A stretch of DNA of 64,000 nucleotides, taken from positions 9,370-73,369 of the forward strand of contig JAQSWQ010000006.1 in NCBI GenBank assembly GCA_029266525.1, in the 5' to 3' direction. Within the stretch, counting starts at the first letter, position 1. Every line of letters starts with the position of its first letter. The position numbers and the translations under genes were made by a program. The DNA is from Microvirga sp. (GTDB lineage: Bacteria > Pseudomonadota > Alphaproteobacteria > Rhizobiales > Beijerinckiaceae). Shown here one piece after another: positions 37,163 through 46,471 of this stretch. Under the pieces are notes generated by a model that was not told the origin of the DNA, made no database searches, and saw nothing but the letters and a program-made list of their open reading frames with translations.

Positions 37163-38110
37163 GTGGAACTCGTCGTCTTCTCCCTCCTGAACGGGGTGCT
37201 CTACGGGCTCCTCCTGTTCATGCTGTCGAGCGGCTTGACGCTTATCTTCAGCATGATGGGCGTGCTCAACTTCGCGCATGCGAGCCTGTTCATGCTGGGG
37301 GCGTATCTCGCCTACCAGATCGGCCGCTACACCGGCTTTTGGCCGGGATTGGTGCTCGCGCCGCTGATCGTCGGGCTCCTCGGTGCGGCGATCGAGCGCT
37401 GGGGCCTGCGCACCGTGCACCGCTTCGGCCACGTCGCCGAGCTGCTCTTCACCTTCGGCCTGGCGCTCCTGATCGAGGAGGTGGTGCAGCTGATCTGGGG
37501 CCGCGCACCGGTGCCCTATACGGTGCCGTCCTCCCTCGATTTTGCCGCCTTCACGCTCTTCGGCACCACCTACCCGGCCTACAAGGTTTTCATGGTGCTG
37601 ATCTCGATCGGCATGTTCGGCCTCCTCGGGCTCGTGCTCACCAAGACCCGCATCGGTCTCATCATCCAGGCGGCGCTGACCCATCCCGACATGGTCGCGG
37701 CGCTCGGCCACAACGTGCCGCGCGTGTTCATGCTCGTCTTCGGGGTCGGCAGCGCGCTCGCCGGCCTTGCCGGCGTGATCGGCGGCTTCGCGCTGGTGAC
37801 CTCGCCGACCATGGCGCGGACGCTTGGGCCGATCGTCTTCGTGGTCATCGTGGTCGGCGGGCTCGGATCGCTCACGGGCGCCTTCGTCGCCTCGCTCCTC
37901 ATCGGCATCGTGCAGACCTTCGCGGTGGCGATCGACTTCTCGCTCATCGACCTGCTTGCCCGCTTCGGCGTGACGGTCACCCGCGCCGACACCTTCTACG
38001 ACCTCTGGCGGATCAAGCTTGCCCAGCTCGCCCCGGTCCTTCCCTACTTCATGCTCGTCCTGATGCTGATCATGCGCCCGCGCGGCCTGATGGGGACGCG
38101 CGAGACATGA
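37163..38110 (+). CDS. ABC transporter permease, LivH-type
   Basis: 315-aa ORF with a GTG start. LNGVLYGLLLFMLSSGLTLIFSMMGVLNFAHAS is the LivH signature. Confidence 0.9.
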   Translation: MELVVFSLLNGVLYGLLLFMLSSGLTLIFSMMGVLNFAHASLFMLGAYLAYQIGRYTGFWPGLVLAPLIVGLLGAAIERWGLRTVHRFGHVAELLFTFGLALLIEEVVQLIWGRAPVPYTVPSSLDFAAFTLFGTTYPAYKVFMVLISIGMFGLLGLVLTKTRIGLIIQAALTHPDMVAALGHNVPRVFMLVFGVGSALAGLAGVIGGFALVTSPTMARTLGPIVFVVIVVGGLGSLTGAFVASLLIGIVQTFAVAIDFSLIDLLARFGVTVTRADTFYDLWRIKLAQLAPVLPYFMLVLMLIMRPRGLMGTRET

Positions 38111-39390
38111 GCGAGGTCGCGCTGAAAACGCGCGCGGCGCGGACACGCGCGCCGGTCTGGCTGCGCGCCGCCGTGCCCTGGGCGCTCGCGGTCCTCATCA
38201 TCCTCGCCCTGCCGCAGCTCATGACGACGAGCTTCGGCCGCACGCTCCTCATCGAGATGGGCATCGCGATCGTCTTCGCGGTCGCCTACAACATGCTGCT
38301 CGGCGAGACCGGAATGCTGTCCTTCGGGCATGCCATCTATTTCGGGCTCGGCGGCTACGCGGCGGTCCATGTGCTGCGGTTCATCGCGGCGGGACTGCTG
38401 CTGCCGGTCGCCTTGCTGCCGCTGGTCGGCGGGCTCGGCGGGCTCGTGTTCGGGCTCCTCTTCGGCTACCTTTCGACCCGGCGGGCCGGCACGGCGTTTG
38501 CCATGATCACACTCGGGCTGATGGAATTGGTCGTCGCCCTGGCGCTGATCTTCGACCATCTCTTCGGCGGCGAGGAGGGCATCTCCGGCAATCGCACCTC
38601 CGGGCCGGAGCTGTTCGGCATCACCTTCGGCTCGCAGCTGCATGTCTATTACCTTGTCGCGGTGTGGATGCTGGTCAGCCTCGCGCTGATGCGCGCCTTC
38701 ACCCGCACGCCGGTCGGGCGGCTCTGCAATGCGGTGCGCGATAACCCCGAGCGCGTGCAGTTCCTCGGTTACGACCCGTCCCGTATCCGGCTCATCGCCT
38801 TCGCGGGCTCGAGCTTCTTCGCGGGCGTCGCCGGCGGGCTGTTCGCTGTCAATTACGAGCTCATGGCGATCAACAGCCTCGGCGCCGAGCGCTCGGCCCT
38901 GGTGCTGCTAATGGCCTATATCGGCGGCATCGGCTCGTTCCTCGGGCCGATACTCGGCGCGGTCCTCGTCACCTTCCTGCAGGTCGCGCTCAGCGACTAC
39001 ACCCAGGCCTGGCTCCTCTATCTCGGCCTGTTCTTCGTGCTTGTGACGCTGTTTGCGCCGAACGGCCTCATCGGGCTCGTCCTGATGCATGGCCCGATCG
39101 CCCGGGCCGGGCTCCTCCACCGGCTCGCCGCGGCCTACGCGCTCGCACTCGTGCCGGCGCTGCTCTTGGCCGCTGGCCTGATCGCGCTGGTCGAGATCAA
39201 CTACCGCTTGGCCATCCGCCCGGAACTGGGTCCGGCCATGAAGCTTTTCGGCGTCGCTTTCGACGCGAAGAGCGCGACGGCCTGGATCGTCAGCTTCCTC
39301 CTCGTCGGGGCTGGCCTCCTCGGCCTGCGCGCGGTCGCGCCCCGCGTCGCGGCGCGCTGGGGCGAGACGCTCGAGGTGGCGCGCGCATGA
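38107..39390 (+). CDS. ABC transporter permease, LivM-type
   Basis: ATG 38107 overlaps the upstream stop (ATGA), giving 427 aa. It has NMLLGETGMLSFGHAIYFGLGGY. Confidence 0.9.
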   Translation: MSEVALKTRAARTRAPVWLRAAVPWALAVLIILALPQLMTTSFGRTLLIEMGIAIVFAVAYNMLLGETGMLSFGHAIYFGLGGYAAVHVLRFIAAGLLLPVALLPLVGGLGGLVFGLLFGYLSTRRAGTAFAMITLGLMELVVALALIFDHLFGGEEGISGNRTSGPELFGITFGSQLHVYYLVAVWMLVSLALMRAFTRTPVGRLCNAVRDNPERVQFLGYDPSRIRLIAFAGSSFFAGVAGGLFAVNYELMAINSLGAERSALVLLMAYIGGIGSFLGPILGAVLVTFLQVALSDYTQAWLLYLGLFFVLVTLFAPNGLIGLVLMHGPIARAGLLHRLAAAYALALVPALLLAAGLIALVEINYRLAIRPELGPAMKLFGVAFDAKSATAWIVSFLLVGAGLLGLRAVAPRVAARWGETLEVARA

Positions 39391-40139
39391 CCGCGTCGGC
39401 GCTCGAGCTCCAGGCCGTGCACAAGAGCTTCGGCGCGACCGCGATCATCCGCGGCGTGGACATGAGCGTCGGACGAGGCGAGCGCCACGCCCTGATCGGC
39501 CCGAATGGCGCCGGCAAATCGACCCTGTTCCACCTGATCACCGGCCGTTTCCCCCTCAGCTCCGGCGCGGTGCGGCTCAACGGCGAAGACGTGACGGGGC
39601 TCGCCCCGTTCGAGATCTACCGCCGCAAGCTCGCCCGCAGCTTCCAGATCACCAACATCTTCCCGCGCATGTCGGTCTACGAGAATTTGCGCTGCGCGGT
39701 CCTGTGGTCGCTCGGGCACGGCTATTCCTTCCTTCGCCTCATCGACCGCATGCCCGACGTGAATGAGCGCGCGCAAGCGGTGCTCGAGCGCATCGGCCTC
39801 GCGGCACGGCGGGACGTGCCGGCCGGCCTCCTCGCCTATGCCGAGCAGCGCGCGCTCGAGATCGGGCTTGCCATCGCCGGCGAGCCTGAGATCATCCTCC
39901 TCGACGAGCCGACGGCGGGCATGAGCCACAGCGAGACCGAGCACGCGGTCGAGCTCATCCGACGCGTGAGCGAGGGCCGCACGCTCCTCATCGTCGAGCA
40001 CGATATGGCCGTGGTGTTCGGCCTCGCCGACCGCATCTCGGTGCTGGTCTATGGCGAGATCATCGCGAGCGACGCACCGGAGAAGATCCGCGCCAACCGC
40101 GCCGTGCAGGAAGCCTATCTCGGCACGGTGCCGGCATGA
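39387..40139 (+). CDS. ABC transporter ATP-binding protein, LivG-type
   Basis: 250 aa with Walker A GPNGAGKST, signature region LAYAEQRALEI and Walker B ILLDEPTAG. It overlaps its neighbours by 4 nt. Confidence 0.9.
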   Translation: MTASALELQAVHKSFGATAIIRGVDMSVGRGERHALIGPNGAGKSTLFHLITGRFPLSSGAVRLNGEDVTGLAPFEIYRRKLARSFQITNIFPRMSVYENLRCAVLWSLGHGYSFLRLIDRMPDVNERAQAVLERIGLAARRDVPAGLLAYAEQRALEIGLAIAGEPEIILLDEPTAGMSHSETEHAVELIRRVSEGRTLLIVEHDMAVVFGLADRISVLVYGEIIASDAPEKIRANRAVQEAYLGTVPA

Positions 40140-40840
40140 GCGCCATGCTCGAGGTCGCCGACCTCCACGCCTATTACGGCAAGAGCCACATCCTGCACGG
40201 GGTCACCTTCGCGGTCGGCGAGGGCGAGATCGTGAGCCTTCTCGGCCGCAACGGCGTCGGGCGCTCGACCACCATCAAGACCATCATGGGGCAGGTCAGG
40301 CCGCACGGCTCGGTGCGCTTCCGCGGGCGCGAGATCGCCGGCCTCGAGCCGCACGAGATCGCCCATCTCGGCCTCGGCTACGTGCCCGAGGAGCGCGCCA
40401 TCTTCCCCGGCCTCACCGTGCGCCAGAACCTGATCCTCGGCGAGAAGCGCGCGGGCCGGAGCGGGCGCTGGACCATGGAGGACATGTTCGAGCTCTTTCC
40501 CCGATTGGCCGAGCGGGTCGACACGCCCGGCGGCGTGCTCTCCGGGGGAGAGCAGCAGATGCTCACCATCTGCCGCACGCTCATGGGCGACCCCGACCTG
40601 ATCATGGTCGACGAGCCGACCGAGGGGCTCTCGCCGCAGATGGTCGAGCGCGTCGGCGGGCTCCTGCGCCGGATCGCGGAGCGCGGCGTCGCAATCCTCC
40701 TCGTCGAGCAGAAGCTGACCATCGCGCTCGAGATCTCCAAGCGCCTCTACGTCATGGGCCACGGCCGCATCGTCTTCGAAGGCACGCCCGCCGGCCTGCG
40801 GGCCAATGCCGGCGTGCGCAAGGAATGGCTGGAGGTATAG
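40136..40840 (+). CDS. ABC transporter ATP-binding protein, LivF-type
   Basis: 234 aa with Walker A GRNGVGRST, signature LSGGEQQML and Walker B IMVDEPTEG. Confidence 0.9.
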   Translation: MSAMLEVADLHAYYGKSHILHGVTFAVGEGEIVSLLGRNGVGRSTTIKTIMGQVRPHGSVRFRGREIAGLEPHEIAHLGLGYVPEERAIFPGLTVRQNLILGEKRAGRSGRWTMEDMFELFPRLAERVDTPGGVLSGGEQQMLTICRTLMGDPDLIMVDEPTEGLSPQMVERVGGLLRRIAERGVAILLVEQKLTIALEISKRLYVMGHGRIVFEGTPAGLRANAGVRKEWLEV

Positions 40841-40896
40841 CGCTTGCCGCGCCGGATAGAGCCGCATAGGTCTCTCGCAGAGCAAGGACCACCGTC

Positions 40897-42081
40897 ATGA
40901 CCGAAGCCGTCATCGTCTCGACCGCGCGCACGCCGATCGGCAAGGCCTACCGCGGCGCCTTCAACAACACGCACGGCGCGACGCTCGCCGGCCACGCCAT
41001 CAGGAACGCGGTCGAGCGGGCGAAGATCGATCCGGGCGAGGTCGAGGACGTGCTGCTCGGCTGCGCCATGCCCGAGGGCGCCACGGGTGAGAACATCGCC
41101 CGCCAGGCCGCGCTCCGCGCCGGGCTCCCGGTCACGGCCGGCGGCGCGACCGTCAACCGCTTCTGCTCATCCGGCATGCAGACCATCGCCATGGCGGCGC
41201 AGCGCGTCATCGTTGATAACGTGCCGGTAATGGTCGCGGGCGGGCTCGAGTCGATCAGCCTCGTGCAGAACGATCACAAGAACAAATACCGGCTGCACGA
41301 CGAGTGGCTCGACGAGAAGAAGCCCGAGATCTACCTGCCGATGATCGACACCGCCGAGGTGGTGGCGAAGCGCTACGGCATCTCGCGCGAGACCCAGGAC
41401 GGCTATGCGCTGCAGAGCCAGCTGCGCACCGCCGCGGCCCAGCAGGCCGGGCGCTTCGACGACGAGATCGTGCCGCTGCCGACGACCAAGCTCGTGCAGG
41501 ACAAGGCGACCGGCGAGATCAAGGAGCAGGCGGTTGCCCTCGATCGCGACGAGGGCAACCGGCCGGACACCTCGCCCGAGGGGTTGGCCAAGCTCGAGCC
41601 GGTGCGCGGGCCCGGCGCCTCGATCACCGCCGGCAATGCGAGCCAGCTCTCCGATGGCGCCTCGGCCTGCGTCGTGATGAACGGCAAGCTCGCCGAGAAG
41701 CGCGGGCTCAATCCGCTCGGCATCTTCCGCGGACTCAGCGTTGCAGGCTGCGAGCCCGACGAGATGGGTATCGGCCCGGTCTACGCCGTGCCGCGGCTCC
41801 TCGAGCGCCACGGCCTGACCATGGACGACATCGACCTGTGGGAGCTGAACGAGGCCTTCGCCGTGCAGGTGATCTACTGCCGCGACAAGCTCGGCATCCC
41901 CAACGACAAGCTCAACGTCGACGGCGGCGCAGTCTCGATCGGCCATCCCTACGGCATGAGCGGCGCCCGCATGGTCGGCCACGCCCTGATCGAGGGCAAG
42001 CGCCGCGGCGCCAAGTACGTCGTCTGCACGATGTGCGTCGGCGGCGGCATGGGCGCCGCCGGCCTGTTCGAGGTGGCGTGA
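40897..42081 (+). CDS. acetyl-CoA C-acyltransferase (thiolase)
   Basis: 394 aa with the active Cys in [15 protein letters not shown], and C-terminal [13 protein letters not shown]. Confidence 0.9.
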   Translation: MTEAVIVSTARTPIGKAYRGAFNNTHGATLAGHAIRNAVERAKIDPGEVEDVLLGCAMPEGATGENIARQAALRAGLPVTAGGATVNRFCSSGMQTIAMAAQRVIVDNVPVMVAGGLESISLVQNDHKNKYRLHDEWLDEKKPEIYLPMIDTAEVVAKRYGISRETQDGYALQSQLRTAAAQQAGRFDDEIVPLPTTKLVQDKATGEIKEQAVALDRDEGNRPDTSPEGLAKLEPVRGPGASITAGNASQLSDGASACVVMNGKLAEKRGLNPLGIFRGLSVAGCEPDEMGIGPVYAVPRLLERHGLTMDDIDLWELNEAFAVQVIYCRDKLGIPNDKLNVDGGAVSIGHPYGMSGARMVGHALIEGKRRGAKYVVCTMCVGGGMGAAGLFEVA

Positions 42082-42222
42082 CTGTCATTCCGGGGCGGCG
42101 CGAAGCGTCGAGCCCGGAACCCATAAACACCTGCGGTGCCGATTGCGCACGACGTTCCAGCACGATCGGAAAGGTTCGTGGTTATGGTTCCGGGCTCTCG
42201 CTTCGCGAGCCCGGAATGACAG
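42082..42222. repeat. 141-bp MITE-like element with the same termini as the GIY-YIG element (type B, no cargo)
   Basis: ctgtcattccggggcggcgcgaagcgtcgagcccggaacccataaacac (42082-42130), then 47 bp, then gtggttatggttccgggctctcgcttcgcgagcccggaatgacag (42178-42222). It starts right after the thiolase TGA. Confidence 0.7.
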
Positions 42223-42245
42223 TGCATAATTTCGGGAGATCGTCC

Positions 42246-43268
42246 GTGACTCAGCAGAACCGTCGCGTCGTACTCGCGTCTCGTCCTGTCGGGGAGCCGA
42301 AGGACAGCGACTTCCGCCTGGAGAGTGCCGCCGTCCCGGAGCCTGGCCCCGGCCAGGTGCTGGCGCGGACGCTGTGGCTCTCGCTCGACCCTTATATGCG
42401 CGGACGCATGAGCGATGCTAAATCCTACGCCAAGCCGGTCGGCATCGGCGAGGTCATGACTGGCGGCACCGTCGCCGAGGTCGAGCGCTCGAACGACCCG
42501 AAATTCGCTCCCGGCGACCTCGTCCTCGGCATGGGCGGCTGGCAGGAATACGCCGTGATGGAGGGCAAGGAACTGCGCAAGCTGGACCCCAACGCCGCGC
42601 CGCTGTCGACCCATCTCGGGGTCCTCGGCATGCCCGGCATGACGGCGTACACAGGGCTCCTCAACATCGGCCAGCCGAAACCGGGCGAGACGGTCGCGGT
42701 CGCGGCGGCGACCGGCCCGGTCGGCTCGCTCGTCGGCCAGATCGCCAAGATGAAGGGCTGTCGCGCGGTGGGCATCGCCGGCGGGCCCGACAAGTGCCGG
42801 GCGCTTACGCAAGAGTTCGGCTTCGATGCCGCGGTCGACCATCGCGCGCCGGGGTTTCCGGAAAAGCTCAAGGCAGCCTGTCCGAACGGCATCGACATCT
42901 ATTTCGAGAATGTCGGCGGGGCGGTATGGGATGCGGTGTTCCCGCTCCTCAACGACTTCGCGCGCGTGCCTGTCTGCGGGCTCATCGCCAACTACAACAT
43001 GACCGAGCTGCCGCCCGGCCCCGACCGCACGCCGCAGCTCTTCCGGGCGGTTCTGACCAAGCGCCTCACCATCCGCGGCTTCATCGTGTGGGATTTCGCG
43101 GCGCAGGCGCGCGAGTTCGCGACCGAGGTCGGCCAATGGCTACGCGAGGGCAGGATCAAGTACCGCGAGGACGTGGTCGAAGGGCTGGAGAACGCGCCGC
43201 AGGCATTCATGGGCCTGCTCAAGGGCAGGAATTTCGGCAAGCTCGTGGTGCGGGTGGCGGGGACTTGA
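42246..43268 (+). CDS. NADP-dependent alkenal/enone oxidoreductase (MDR, YncB/CurA-like)
   Basis: I prefer GTG 42246, which has GGGAGA 6 nt upstream and gives 340 aa (VTQQNRRVVLASRPVGEP...). An in-frame ATG at 42216 lies inside the repeat. The Rossmann motif is AAATGPVGSLVGQIAK. Confidence 0.85.
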   Translation: MTQQNRRVVLASRPVGEPKDSDFRLESAAVPEPGPGQVLARTLWLSLDPYMRGRMSDAKSYAKPVGIGEVMTGGTVAEVERSNDPKFAPGDLVLGMGGWQEYAVMEGKELRKLDPNAAPLSTHLGVLGMPGMTAYTGLLNIGQPKPGETVAVAAATGPVGSLVGQIAKMKGCRAVGIAGGPDKCRALTQEFGFDAAVDHRAPGFPEKLKAACPNGIDIYFENVGGAVWDAVFPLLNDFARVPVCGLIANYNMTELPPGPDRTPQLFRAVLTKRLTIRGFIVWDFAAQAREFATEVGQWLREGRIKYREDVVEGLENAPQAFMGLLKGRNFGKLVVRVAGT

Positions 43269-43287
43269 GCTAGCTGTCAGCTCCGCT

Positions 43288-44409
43288 TCAGCGCGTCTCG
43301 TAGCGCGCCATGAAGCGCGGCGCCATGGTGCGCAGGCGCTCCAGGTCGACACGGCCCGAACGCGTAATGTAGCTCATGCCGAAGTCGGGCGGCGCGAGCC
43401 GCATGTGCTCGGGGAAGCGCTCGTACCAGGCGGCGCTCGTCTTCGAGGCGGCGACGAGCTTGTCCACGACCGGCCGCCGCTCCGCCTCGTAGCGGGCGAG
43501 CCCCGCGGCGATGTCGCCCGTCTCGGCCCCGAGCGCCTTTGCGAGCGCGATCGCGTCCTCGAGCGCGAGGCGCGTGCCGGAGCCGATCGAGAAATGGGCG
43601 GTGTGCAGCGCGTCGCCGACGAGCACCTTGTTGCCGAACGACCAGCGTTGGTTGGCGATCCACGGGAAGTTCCGCCACACCGAGCGGTTCGAGACGAGCG
43701 GATGGCCGTCGAGCGCCTCGGCGAAGACGCGCTCGCACACCGCCTTCGCCGCCTCGGGCTCCATCCGGTCGAAGCCGGCGCGTAGCCAAGTCCCGCGGTC
43801 GCATTCGACGATGAAGGTGCTCATCGCGGGCTGGTAGCGGTAGTGATGGGCGTTGAAGGTGCCGAGCTCGCATTGGACGAAGGTTTGCGTGAGCGTCTCG
43901 AAGCGCTTGGTCGTCCCGAACCAGACAAACTTGTTGGCGAGGTACGAAACGGACGTGCCGAAATCGCCCTCGAAGCTGCGGCGGACAAGCGAGTTCACGC
44001 CGTCGGCGCCGACGATCAGGTCGGCGTCGCCGAGTTCCTCGATCGAGCGCACCGGCATATCGTAGCGCAGCCCCACGCCGGCCGAGCGCGCCTGCTGCTG
44101 CAGGAGCAGCAGCAGCTGAAGCCGGCCGAGCGCCGAAAAACCGACGCCATCAATCGCAACGCGCTCGCCGCGATGGACGAGCGCGATGTCGGCCCAGGCC
44201 TCCATGCGCGGCGTGACGAGATCGGCGGTCTCCGGGTCGTCGGCACGCAGGAAGTCGAGGGCGCGGTCGGAAAACACGACCCCGAAGCCGAAGGTCGCGT
44301 CGGGCGGGTTCTGCTCGAACACCGCGACCGCGTCGGCGGGGTGCCGCCGCTTCCATAGATAGGCGAAATAGAGCCCGGCGGGCCCTCCACCCAGAACCGC
44401 GATGCGCAT
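43288..44409 (-). CDS. FAD-dependent monooxygenase (aromatic/acyl-CoA hydroxylase-like)
   Basis: I use the internal ATG at 44409, giving 373 aa, with MRIAVLGGGPAGL (GxGxxG), GADGVNS and GDALHTAHFSIGSG. Confidence 0.8.
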   Translation of the reverse strand: MRIAVLGGGPAGLYFAYLWKRRHPADAVAVFEQNPPDATFGFGVVFSDRALDFLRADDPETADLVTPRMEAWADIALVHRGERVAIDGVGFSALGRLQLLLLLQQQARSAGVGLRYDMPVRSIEELGDADLIVGADGVNSLVRRSFEGDFGTSVSYLANKFVWFGTTKRFETLTQTFVQCELGTFNAHHYRYQPAMSTFIVECDRGTWLRAGFDRMEPEAAKAVCERVFAEALDGHPLVSNRSVWRNFPWIANQRWSFGNKVLVGDALHTAHFSIGSGTRLALEDAIALAKALGAETGDIAAGLARYEAERRPVVDKLVAASKTSAAWYERFPEHMRLAPPDFGMSYITRSGRVDLERLRTMAPRFMARYETR

Positions 44410-44476
44410 AAGACTCCCCGGCCGCAGCTTGCGGGTTTGCCCGCGAGCCTTCAAGCCGACGCTTTTCGGAGAAGCC

Positions 44477-45169
44477 GTGCCCGACCAATCCACCCCGGCC
44501 GAGATCGTCGAGGCGGCGATCGCAAGCCGCCGCTCGGTGCGCGCCTTCCTGCCGACGCCGGTTCCGCGCGAGTTGATCGAGCAAATCCTCGACGTCGCGG
44601 CGCGAGCGCCGAGCGGCACCAACATGCAGCCCTGGCGCGCCTATGTTCTTGCGGGCGACGTCAAGGAGCGCCTGTCGGCCGATCTCGTGCGGGCCTTCAT
44701 GGAAGGCTCGCAGCACGCATCGGAGTACAAGTACTATCCCGACCGGTTTTTCGAGCCCTACCTCTCGCGCCGCCGCAAGGTCGGCTGGGACCTCTACGGG
44801 CTGCTCGGCATCGCGCGCGGCGAGACCGCGCGAATGCAGGCGCAGCACGCCCGAAATTTCCTCTTCTTCGAAGCGCCGGTCGGGCTGATCTTCACCATCG
44901 AGCGCCGCCTCGAGATCGGCAGCTGGCTCGACTACGGCATCTTCCTCGGCAACGTCATGACGGCGCTGCGCGGCCACGGCCTGCACAGCTGCGCCCAGGC
45001 CGCGTTCGCGCCGATGCACGAGATCGTGCGCCTGCACCTGCCGATCCCGCCGGATGAGGTCGTGGTCTGCGGGATGTCGATCGGCTACGAGGACACGAGC
45101 GCGCCGGAGAACCGGCTGCGCACGGAGCGCGTGCCCGCGCGCGAGTTCGCGCGGTTCATCGGGTGGTGA
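44477..45169 (+). CDS. nitroreductase-family protein
   Basis: GTG 44477 with GGAG upstream, giving 230 aa. It has RRSVRAFLPTPV, APSGTNMQPW and a typical length. The ORF is open from 44402, but that start would overlap the divergent gene's start. Confidence 0.8.
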   Translation: MPDQSTPAEIVEAAIASRRSVRAFLPTPVPRELIEQILDVAARAPSGTNMQPWRAYVLAGDVKERLSADLVRAFMEGSQHASEYKYYPDRFFEPYLSRRRKVGWDLYGLLGIARGETARMQAQHARNFLFFEAPVGLIFTIERRLEIGSWLDYGIFLGNVMTALRGHGLHSCAQAAFAPMHEIVRLHLPIPPDEVVVCGMSIGYEDTSAPENRLRTERVPAREFARFIGW

Positions 45170-45346
45170 GGAGCGCCGCCGAGCCGACGATCTCGGGCAA
45201 GCGCGATCGATGCGCTTGATCAACCTATGTTAAGGCCGTACGCTCGGTACAACTCCTGAAGTCATTTGCCCGATCGCGGCTTCCGGCCCACCGCCTCTCG
45301 GGCGCGTTCCTGTCGAGCTTCGGCATGGCCTGAGGGGAGAGCGACC

Positions 45347-46471
45347 ATGGCTACCGGCACATCATCGGCTTCGACCCAACTCGAAAACGTTGCTTCCGAG
45401 GAAGCGGAACAAATCGCTTCGATCGTGAAGGCGACGGAGGCGCAGCTCCGTTTCCGCTACGGCAATAAGCCGCCGTTTCTTCGCGGCGTTCACCCGAAGG
45501 CTCACGGATGCGTCGAGGCCACGTTCACCGTGATGGAAAAACTCGGGGAGAAGTACCGCGTCGGGCTGTTCGCTCAGCCCGGCCGACAATACCGCGCCGA
45601 CATCCGCTTCTCCAATGCCGCACCTCTCGTCACGCCCGACTCGCCGGAGGATCCCCCGCAATCTGGGAAGCGAGGGCACGGCAGTCGCGGCATGGCGGTG
45701 AAGCTCCACGGCGTCGGCGGGAAACGCCTGGTGCCAGACGACGGCGAGGACACGCAGGACTTCCTGATGATCAACCAACCGGTCTTCGCCTTCGCCAATG
45801 TCGAGGATTACGAGGTGCTCAGCCGGGTTGTTGCCGAGGACAAGGAGGACCCGCGCCGGTTCTTTGGCCGGCTCGCCAGCACGAACGAGAAGGTTCGCAC
45901 GCGCGCGGAGGTGACGAAAAAAATCATCGATCGCATCAAAAGCTTATCGCTTCCGGACGCATTCGCGGCCCCGCCCCTCAGCCCCCTCGACAACCGCTAT
46001 TTTACGGCGGCGCCGTTCCTATTCGGCGAAGGTCATGTAGCGAAGTTTAGTGCCAACCCGGCCGCGCCCGTGGAGGGCGAGCTCGGCGACGCAATCGCCG
46101 AGAAGGACTACCTCCGGGCGGCGTTGAACAAACGCCTGGCCGTCACCGGCGGCGACGACATCGTGTTCTACTTCGAAGTGCAGAGGCGGCCCATCGACGC
46201 GAACCTGAATATAGACGACGACATCGAGAATGCCTGCACGTTCTGGGACGAGAAAAAGTATCCCTTCGAGAAGGTCGCCATGATCACCATTCGGCCGCAG
46301 GACATCAACGCCCGGGAGGAAGCTTGCGAACGGCTCGAGTTCTCGCCTTGGCATGGGCTGGTCGAGCATCGCCCGCTGGGCAGCATCAACCGCATGCGGC
46401 GCACGGTGTATGAGAAATCGTGGGAGCTTCGCCGCTGTCCGGTGTCGACTGCCCCGGCTTCCTCGGGTTAG
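45347..46471 (+). CDS. small catalase-related haem protein (catalase-core-only family)
   Basis: ATG 45347 with GAGGGGAGA upstream, giving 374 aa. It has the distal-His motif LRGVHPKAHGC and a proximal Tyr candidate in NRMRRTVYEKS. The region is visibly lower in GC. Confidence 0.7.
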   Translation: MATGTSSASTQLENVASEEAEQIASIVKATEAQLRFRYGNKPPFLRGVHPKAHGCVEATFTVMEKLGEKYRVGLFAQPGRQYRADIRFSNAAPLVTPDSPEDPPQSGKRGHGSRGMAVKLHGVGGKRLVPDDGEDTQDFLMINQPVFAFANVEDYEVLSRVVAEDKEDPRRFFGRLASTNEKVRTRAEVTKKIIDRIKSLSLPDAFAAPPLSPLDNRYFTAAPFLFGEGHVAKFSANPAAPVEGELGDAIAEKDYLRAALNKRLAVTGGDDIVFYFEVQRRPIDANLNIDDDIENACTFWDEKKYPFEKVAMITIRPQDINAREEACERLEFSPWHGLVEHRPLGSINRMRRTVYEKSWELRRCPVSTAPASSG

